64,000 nt of DNA from Bacteroidota bacterium (GTDB taxonomy: Bacteria > Bacteroidota > Ignavibacteria > Ignavibacteriales > Ignavibacteriaceae), in contig JAKAFW010000003.1 of the NCBI GenBank assembly GCA_021817845.1, positions 54,586 to 118,585 on the forward strand, read 5' to 3'. The number at the start of each line of letters is the position of its first letter. Position 1 is the stretch's first letter. The translations under genes were made by a program, and so were the position numbers. Of the stretch, positions 57,634-64,000 are shown piece after piece. Under the pieces are notes generated by a model. It was not told the DNA's origin and searched no databases. It saw only the letters and a list, made by a program, of their open reading frames with translations.

Positions 57634-58875
57634 ATGAGGTGTGAAATGAAAAAGTTAGTAATTGCGTCGATTTTTATAATAATTGGATTATCAACTCAAC
57701 TAAAAGCTGATGCCGGTTTTTTATCCGGCGGAGAGTTTGGATTTTTTTACTCTTCTCTTTCTCCATACGGAAGCTGGATTCAGATAAACGGCGGAGTAAA
57801 TGTATGGCACCCGGAAAATGTAGGTTATGGTTGGTCTCCTTATTATTATGGTCATTGGGTTTGGACAAACGATGGCTGGTATTGGGATTCTGATGAACCT
57901 TTCGGTAGTATTGTTTATCATTATGGCAGATGGTATAATGATGAAACTTATGGTTGGATTTGGGTCCCCGATTATCAGTGGGCACCCGCTTGGGTTGAAT
58001 GGAGATACGATAACGATTATATCGGTTGGGCACCGCTTCCTCCTTATGCCTCTTTTTCAGTTGATTTCGGCATTAGATTTACGGCTTCCTATTATATGCC
58101 TTATCAATATTATTCTTTCGTTAGTTACAGGTATATGTGTAACCCACATGTTTATAATTATTATCTCGATAATAATTTTAAGTATAGAATTTATTCGGCT
58201 ACTAAATATAGAACCAATTATGGTTTTTCAGATGGCAGGGTAATCAATCGCGGAGTTGACGTCGATTATGTTAGACAAAGAAGTGGCGAAAGAATAGTTG
58301 AAAGTAGGATCCAAGGTGTTTCTAATCCTCGTAACTTAGCAACCGGCAGGAACTCAAACTCTACAGTCAGAGCTTTGATTTTGCAAAAAGATCAAATTGA
58401 TAGAAGCACAGGTAGAAGTTTTCGGATTCAAAAAACAAATAGAGCAACTTCTCTTGATGTGTCAAGAATGGCAGTCGGTAATCGAGGTCAAATTAACAGA
58501 AATCCAAGTATTGAGAATCGCAATGGTTCAAATTTCAATCAAAATGATAGAGTAAATAGCTGGAATAATAATAGAATTCAGGAAAACAATAATAATAGAC
58601 CGCTTAATAATAGACAATATAATTATTCTAATCCCAATAGGAATAATGTTGATCGACAGACGCCTCAAAATATTAGACCAAGAAATAATGCCGGCTATTT
58701 TAATAACCAGAACAGAAATGAGTCAAAGCCGCAATCTATTGAAAACCGTCAGCAAATAAGAAGAGATGCTCCTCAAAGGAATTCTCCTCAAATTCAAAGA
58801 GGCAACGCCGGTAGAAATGAAGGTAATCGAGGCAGTAACAACAGAGGTAATTCAGATAACCAAAGGCATAGATAA
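57634..58875 (+). CDS. Secreted Trp/Tyr-rich repeat protein with Asn/Arg/Gln-rich low-complexity tail
   Basis: Likely start at 57646 (MKKLVIASIF... signal). YGWSPYYYGHWVWTNDGWYWDSDEPFG / GRWYNDETYGWIWVPDYQWAPAWVEWRY repeats. The last ~170 aa are N/R/Q-dominated. Confidence 0.6.
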   Translation: MRCEMKKLVIASIFIIIGLSTQLKADAGFLSGGEFGFFYSSLSPYGSWIQINGGVNVWHPENVGYGWSPYYYGHWVWTNDGWYWDSDEPFGSIVYHYGRWYNDETYGWIWVPDYQWAPAWVEWRYDNDYIGWAPLPPYASFSVDFGIRFTASYYMPYQYYSFVSYRYMCNPHVYNYYLDNNFKYRIYSATKYRTNYGFSDGRVINRGVDVDYVRQRSGERIVESRIQGVSNPRNLATGRNSNSTVRALILQKDQIDRSTGRSFRIQKTNRATSLDVSRMAVGNRGQINRNPSIENRNGSNFNQNDRVNSWNNNRIQENNNNRPLNNRQYNYSNPNRNNVDRQTPQNIRPRNNAGYFNNQNRNESKPQSIENRQQIRRDAPQRNSPQIQRGNAGRNEGNRGSNNRGNSDNQRHR

Positions 58876-58893
58876 TTTTTCTATCTCTCTCCT

Positions 58894-58930
58894 AAAACGG
58901 CGCCGGATTTTAATTTGACGCCGTTTTTTT
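58894..58930. terminator. Bidirectional terminator between convergent genes
   Basis: AAAACGGCG (58894-58902) / CGCCGTTTT (58919-58927) followed by a T-run. Confidence 0.7.
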
Positions 58931-60033
58931 TATTTCTTCTTTTGGAAGAAATTAGAAATCTCTTCGGCAATAAACTCAATATTATCTTGTGATAAACCGG
59001 GCCAGCTCGGCATATTAATGCCGTGCCATCCGAGATATTCAGCCACAGGCAGTTTTTGGAATTTATGAGAGAACATCGGCATAGTATGTACCGGGAAAAA
59101 TGTCGGACGAGTTTCTATTCCTCTATCTTTTAAGTATTCTCTTAAATCTTCTCTGATTTTAGGTGATTCAACGAGAATAGAATACATCCAATATGAATGA
59201 AAAACTTCACCATATTCACCGTGATGTTTTACCGGCAAATCTTTTAAAGCATCATTATACCATTTTGCTATTTGTCGCTTCTTAAGAATTTTCTCATTAG
59301 CTTTTTCGATTTGTGCTAATCCAATTGCGGCGCAAATATTAGTCATCCTGTAATTGAAACCAAGAACATCATGCCAGTATTGCCGGTATTTAGCAAGTCC
59401 GTGCATCTTTAAATGATATGCTCTATCGTAAAGAGTTTCGTCATTTGTCACAACCATTCCTCCTTCACCGGTAGTTATGGTTTTATTTCCATAAAAGCTA
59501 AATGTGGCTAAATCACCAAATGTACCGACATGCTTTTTCTTATAAGTCGAACCAAATGCCTCTGCGCAATCTTCAATTAAAAAAAGGTTATTTTCCTTTG
59601 CAATTTTTACAAGCTCATCCATTTCGCACGGATGCCCGTAGAGATGGACAGCCATAATAGCTTTAGTATGGATCGTTATTTTTCTTTTCACATCTTGGGG
59701 ATCCATTTGCCATGTGTCTTCAAGTGAGTCTACAAAAACAGGGGTTGCTCCGGTAATAGCAATTGTGCTTACAGAAGCAATATAAGTAAATGAAGGGACG
59801 ATAACTTCATCACCAGGACCAATACCAAGCGTCACAATGGCTAAGTGCAACGCAACCGTTCCGTTGCTTACCGCAGTTGCATGCTCAACTCCGATAAATT
59901 TCCTGAAGTCGTTTTCAAATCTCGGTATAAATTCTCCTCGTGATGAAATCCATGATGTATCTAAACATTCATTCACGTATTTCTTTTCATTGCCGTCAAG
60001 CGTAGGTTGGTATATAGGAATTTTGTAGCTCAT
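58930..60033 (-). CDS. DegT/DnrJ/EryC1/StrS family sugar aminotransferase
   Basis: 367 aa. AVSNGTVALHLA and FSFYGNKTITTGEGG (PLP Lys) motifs. Confidence 0.9.
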   Translation of the reverse strand: MSYKIPIYQPTLDGNEKKYVNECLDTSWISSRGEFIPRFENDFRKFIGVEHATAVSNGTVALHLAIVTLGIGPGDEVIVPSFTYIASVSTIAITGATPVFVDSLEDTWQMDPQDVKRKITIHTKAIMAVHLYGHPCEMDELVKIAKENNLFLIEDCAEAFGSTYKKKHVGTFGDLATFSFYGNKTITTGEGGMVVTNDETLYDRAYHLKMHGLAKYRQYWHDVLGFNYRMTNICAAIGLAQIEKANEKILKKRQIAKWYNDALKDLPVKHHGEYGEVFHSYWMYSILVESPKIREDLREYLKDRGIETRPTFFPVHTMPMFSHKFQKLPVAEYLGWHGINMPSWPGLSQDNIEFIAEEISNFFQKKK

Positions 60034-60058
60034 GTTTTTTCCTTTCTAGTTAGGCGGT

Positions 60059-61210
60059 TTACTTTTTTTCTCCAAATTCTTTAGTTAATCGTATTATCTT
60101 TTCCAAATCAATCATTTGAATACATTCAAGATTGTAGGGACATACTTTCTTCCAACAAGGGGAACATTCTAATTCTACCGGAATAAGTTTTTCTCCTCTT
60201 CCGTATAATTCTATCTCTGCTGCACAAGATAATCCGAACCAAACGATTACATATTTCTTCAAACCGATAGCCATGTGCATACCGAAAGAATCTCCTGTTA
60301 TTACTACATCGCAAATATCCATAAAGCAAGCACCGCGGCGTAAGCCTAAAGTAGTGGGCGTTGAAATTACTTTTGCTCTTGTTTCCTCATTAAGCGTTTC
60401 CATAATATTATCGTTTCTCTCGGTATCTTCTTTCCCACCAAGTAGAACAATTTTTAGATTCTTTTCTACTGCAAGAGAATTAATCAATTTAACGTGTTGT
60501 TCAATGGTCATTTTCTTATTTGGAAATAGATTTGAACATCCCGTGTTAAATCCTACATAAGTTTTTGTTTTGTCATAATTAATTTCTTTTTTATAGTTTT
60601 CAATGAATTCTTTTTCTTCTTCGGATAAATTAAAAACGTAAGGATCGCGTTTATATTCAAGCTCAAATACTTCGTGAATAATATCTACGCCGCTTCGAGT
60701 GTTTTCTCTAAACTTCTTTTGATCATCATTGCCTAGAATATAGCTGTAAATTGCTCCTTCATTTGTAGGTATAATTTTCCCGTCGTCGTTCAATAAAAAG
60801 CCAAGCTTCTTTTTTGCATTTACTTCATTTGCAAATGCACAGGCGTAATCGGATTTGTCTGCATTCATTACATAGTCAAATTCAATTTGCCTTAATATCA
60901 TTCTTTGTTCGTCCGTCCAGGTAAAAATTTTGTAGATATAAGGATTATAAAGCAGAATCTTATCCGCACCCGGCATGGTTATCCAATAAATTGTGCTGAC
61001 TGGAAATTTCCTTTTAATTGCGTGGAGGATAGGTGTATTATCCAAAACATTTCCGAGTGCATCAAGGGAAATAATTAATATCTTTACTCCCATTTTTGTT
61101 TGGTCGTTTTCATGTTGGCAGCCGTTCTCCAAACAATTTTCATAAGAGAAGCATGGCTTATAGCCGTTAAAATTTTTACACTTCGGTATATTTAATTCTG
61201 AAATGTTCAT
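60059..61210 (-). CDS. Glycosyltransferase family 9 (heptosyltransferase-like) with Cys-rich termini
   Basis: 383 aa. GT9 pattern (VITGDSFGMHMA) and Cys clusters at the N- and C-termini (CSPCWKKVCP). Confidence 0.7.
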   Translation of the reverse strand: MNISELNIPKCKNFNGYKPCFSYENCLENGCQHENDQTKMGVKILIISLDALGNVLDNTPILHAIKRKFPVSTIYWITMPGADKILLYNPYIYKIFTWTDEQRMILRQIEFDYVMNADKSDYACAFANEVNAKKKLGFLLNDDGKIIPTNEGAIYSYILGNDDQKKFRENTRSGVDIIHEVFELEYKRDPYVFNLSEEEKEFIENYKKEINYDKTKTYVGFNTGCSNLFPNKKMTIEQHVKLINSLAVEKNLKIVLLGGKEDTERNDNIMETLNEETRAKVISTPTTLGLRRGACFMDICDVVITGDSFGMHMAIGLKKYVIVWFGLSCAAEIELYGRGEKLIPVELECSPCWKKVCPYNLECIQMIDLEKIIRLTKEFGEKK

Positions 61211-61289
61211 CCTTAATCCGTTATAGTTTTCATTAAAGTTGTTTTATCAGTCTCGATGATGCAAAAGATTCAGTTGCTAAACAATAAAG

Positions 61290-62321
61290 TTAATATTGTT
61301 TCTTCAATTTAATTATGCTATCAATGACTTCTTCGACAGAAATTCCTTTTTCTATTCCGCAAGTATTTTGATCGGCACTGCATAATTTCGTACAATTCTC
61401 TGCTGTTACTTCAAGATTGATGGAATATTTATTAATAATCCCTTGATGTACCTGGCAGCTCATTGGGCGGTGACAATGGAGCCCAATACATTTTATCTCA
61501 AGAGCGTCCGCAATATGGAGTGGGCCGGTAGATGGACTAAGGAATATATCAGCCTGACCGATTACCTTTATTAAATCTCTTAGGTCTATCAATTTTTCTG
61601 AAAGATTGCAAATCCGGTTAGAACCTAAGTTGTGGATATTTGATAAGAACTCTTTGCTCATTTCCCGGGAAGTTAAAATAAGTTTTGTCTTTTTATCCGG
61701 GAAAGTTTCTAAGACCGTTCTAATAAGTTGAAGATATTTATCTTCAGACCAGTTTGGAGCTGAGCCCAGCGAACCGGTGTGAATAAAAATCTTAAAATCT
61801 TCGTTACCTATTCCATATTGACTTAGAATTATTTGTGCTTCTGATTTCTCACGTTCAGTAAGGTAAATTTGTAAAGTTAAGTCTGATGTTTCTACTCCGA
61901 TTTTTCGCGCAAGGTCCATGCAGTAGTCCGCTTCGTGACGAAGGGGAGTGTAATTATTCCTTGAAACGCTTTTCATTCCGGTTATTACTTCATAAAGCTT
62001 ATGCCCAACACCGATACGCGTATTAATCCCTGCCCAGAACATCTGGAATGCAGCTCGCTCGGTGGGCATCATCAAAAGTCCGTGTGTAAATTTATGCCTT
62101 CTTAATTCTCTTACGACTTTCCAAAAGGATTTCTTGTCCAAGTCATCCGTTAATGTTTCATTTAAGTTTGGATTGTTTATTAAAAGATTCTTTGTATGTG
62201 GCTGTGTTAATGTCGCAATAAAAGCATCAGGAAAGGCTTTTCGTATTTCTCTTATCATGGGAGTAATAAAAACCACATCTCCAACTCTATCCGTTCTTAC
62301 AAGCAGAATTCTTTTCATCAA
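61290..62321 (-). CDS. Glycosyltransferase family 9 (LPS heptosyltransferase-like)
   Basis: ILLVRTDRVGDVVFITP N-terminus, SPSTGPLHIA. 343 aa. Confidence 0.8.
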   Translation of the reverse strand: MMKRILLVRTDRVGDVVFITPMIREIRKAFPDAFIATLTQPHTKNLLINNPNLNETLTDDLDKKSFWKVVRELRRHKFTHGLLMMPTERAAFQMFWAGINTRIGVGHKLYEVITGMKSVSRNNYTPLRHEADYCMDLARKIGVETSDLTLQIYLTEREKSEAQIILSQYGIGNEDFKIFIHTGSLGSAPNWSEDKYLQLIRTVLETFPDKKTKLILTSREMSKEFLSNIHNLGSNRICNLSEKLIDLRDLIKVIGQADIFLSPSTGPLHIADALEIKCIGLHCHRPMSCQVHQGIINKYSINLEVTAENCTKLCSADQNTCGIEKGISVEEVIDSIIKLKKQY

Positions 62322-62411
62322 TACTTTTATTATAAAAAATGTTGTTCAAAAATAGCAATTCTAAATGAAATATCACTAACAAACCCACTACTCTATTACA
62401 GCCCACCCCAA

Positions 62412-62437
62412 TTGTCATTCCGGCGGAAGCCGGAATC
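62412..62437 (+). repeat. Minimal unit of the TGTCATT...hairpin repeat family
   Basis: TTGTCATTCC-GGCGGAAGCCGG-AATC. Confidence 0.4.
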
Positions 62438-62621
62438 TGCCTTACAAGCAGCGTATTGCTGAAATGAAATATTCCCTTACTTATTTGACAACCTCCTAAT
62501 CATTAACAAATTTTGAATTAGATAATTTAAGAAGCATTACTATTTGACCTTAAATTAATAAGAAATATTTTTAATTTCATTCCGTTATTAATATGACTAT
62601 CTCAAAAAGAAGGGAACCAAA

Positions 62622-63251
62622 ATGAAGAAACTGATCATCCTATTCGCACTTGTTATCTCTTTTTCTGTAAATCTGCTTGCTCAAAACAAATTTTCATTAC
62701 AATTAAACGGAGGCTATTTATCTCCGGTCAATAATAGTTCAAATGGGCTGCTTGGCTCAATCCAAATTGATTACAATTCTACAGGTGACATTTATTTCTA
62801 TTTGTATTCCGGAATAGGTGCGTGGGATAAAACATATTTCTTATACCATGATTCTAAAATGATTGTTGACAAAAAAGCCTATTCTGAGGGTAGCCATACT
62901 ATGGTGCCGCTATATGCCGGTGCTAGGTTTATCATAAATAGAAATAAAATATTAGACCTTTTCATAGACGGCGAAGCAGGTATTGTCTTTTTGAATTATA
63001 CAAATTATAATTTGAAACTGTTTACCAATCCGGATGGTTCAATCAACTATTTACCTGTATCGAATTCTAAAGAATCGGAAGCTTTATTTGGAATAGGAAC
63101 AGGAGTTGGAATATCTCATACTCTTGAGAATAAAGTTTTACTTCTTTTAGAATTAAAAATTAACACAATGACCAACTCTGCTTTTAGCAATTTATTTGAC
63201 GCAGCTGGGACTTCAACATCGATTCAATTTGGGATTGAGTTCAATATCTAA
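62622..63251 (+). CDS. Small outer-membrane beta-barrel protein
   Basis: Signal peptide MKKLIILFALVISFSVNLLAQ, beta-strand periodicity, C-terminal FGIEFNI. Resembles the 4830-5405 product in architecture. Confidence 0.6.
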   Translation: MKKLIILFALVISFSVNLLAQNKFSLQLNGGYLSPVNNSSNGLLGSIQIDYNSTGDIYFYLYSGIGAWDKTYFLYHDSKMIVDKKAYSEGSHTMVPLYAGARFIINRNKILDLFIDGEAGIVFLNYTNYNLKLFTNPDGSINYLPVSNSKESEALFGIGTGVGISHTLENKVLLLLELKINTMTNSAFSNLFDAAGTSTSIQFGIEFNI

Positions 63252-63316
63252 TTTGCCTTATTATCTTTTTATTTGGAAATTTATAAGGAAATTCTATTAT
63301 ATTTAAATAGTCATTT

Positions 63317-63961
63317 TTGGGTAAAAGCTCATTAAGCATGTCTGTCTCGAAGAATAAGTTTTTCTCCGGATTTGTTCTACGAAAATATTTTAGTAAAAAA
63401 TGCGGGATTGTCATGAATTCTAAAATCAACCGGATGGTTACTTCGATAGTAATAGAAGCAGCTTGTTTTTTGCTAATAGGCTGGCTGTTTGCCGGTAATT
63501 ATATTTTTAATATTCATTCAACAACATTCACTTATCTAATCTTTGGAACTGCATCCATCCTGTTAATCAATATCCTTGAATATTATTCACTTAGGAATTT
63601 CATTTTCTCAGCGATTCTATTCGCATTTATTTTTATAATTGCATATTATAAATACTATGACCCAGTGTCATTAGTGCGAAACTTTTTATGGTTTGCGGTA
63701 ATAAGTTTTTCAATTTATGTTTCCTCAAAATTTCTTACTCAAGAAAAATATAAGACTAGGAAATTTCTTGGGGTAGCTGTCTGGATGATAAACTTTGCGG
63801 TTGTTTATTTGGTCATGCTTTTGGTTAATACTTATATATTTAATTTTTACCCTGTTGCGGCAATAAATCAATTGTTAATTATCGCGTTCAACATGGGAAC
63901 ATCAATGGGATTAGGAATTGGTATAGGCTATGAAATTTCTAAGAAATATGTGAAAATATGA
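63317..63961 (+). CDS. Integral membrane protein of unknown function
   Basis: ~6 TM helices. The true start may be the internal ATG (MNSKINRM...) near 63404. Confidence 0.45.
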   Translation: MGKSSLSMSVSKNKFFSGFVLRKYFSKKCGIVMNSKINRMVTSIVIEAACFLLIGWLFAGNYIFNIHSTTFTYLIFGTASILLINILEYYSLRNFIFSAILFAFIFIIAYYKYYDPVSLVRNFLWFAVISFSIYVSSKFLTQEKYKTRKFLGVAVWMINFAVVYLVMLLVNTYIFNFYPVAAINQLLIIAFNMGTSMGLGIGIGYEISKKYVKI

Positions 63962-64000
63962 AATGCATAATACTTAAATGAAAAATATAGACCAGGTAAA

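Overview
Low-GC (roughly mid-30s %) bacterial chromosome segment. The gene content points to the FCB group, Ignavibacteria-like: bshC, monomeric IDH, many Bacteroidota-style outer-membrane and FtsX proteins; this taxon call is inference. Most of the window is housekeeping: icd, pfkA, rnhC, ackA, mutS, aroF-like/tyrA/aroA, folD, deoC, ymdB, bshC, tRNA-Asp and an LPS/glycolipid glycosyltransferase cluster. Four patches stand out. (1) At 35.9-39.2 kb, three same-strand ORFs are each followed by a ~190-213 bp element. The element termini fold like integron attC sites: TAAC/GTTA pairing, an unpaired spacer, and a stem with bulges on one arm only, with compensatory changes between copies. No integron integrase is visible in the window, so I read this as a CALIN-like cassette array; this is the top candidate. 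(2) At 23.2-27.3 kb there is a tightly coupled four-gene amide-ligase operon (ATP-grasp, GCS2/YbdK, class-I GATase, GspS-like ATP-grasp) of unknown product. (3) One secreted protein fuses an M1 metallopeptidase to an Omp85-type C-terminal barrel. (4) At 3.1-9.6 kb there is mobile-element debris: a truncated PIN/RHH pair, an ArdC C-terminal fragment, and a frameshifted YCII gene abutting a tyrosine-recombinase tail next to tRNA-Asp. That region also holds a histidine kinase carrying five near-identical 375-bp tandem PAS repeats. Several families of GC-rich hairpin or MITE-like repeats fill the long intergenic regions. No CRISPR array, rRNA or intact transposase was seen.
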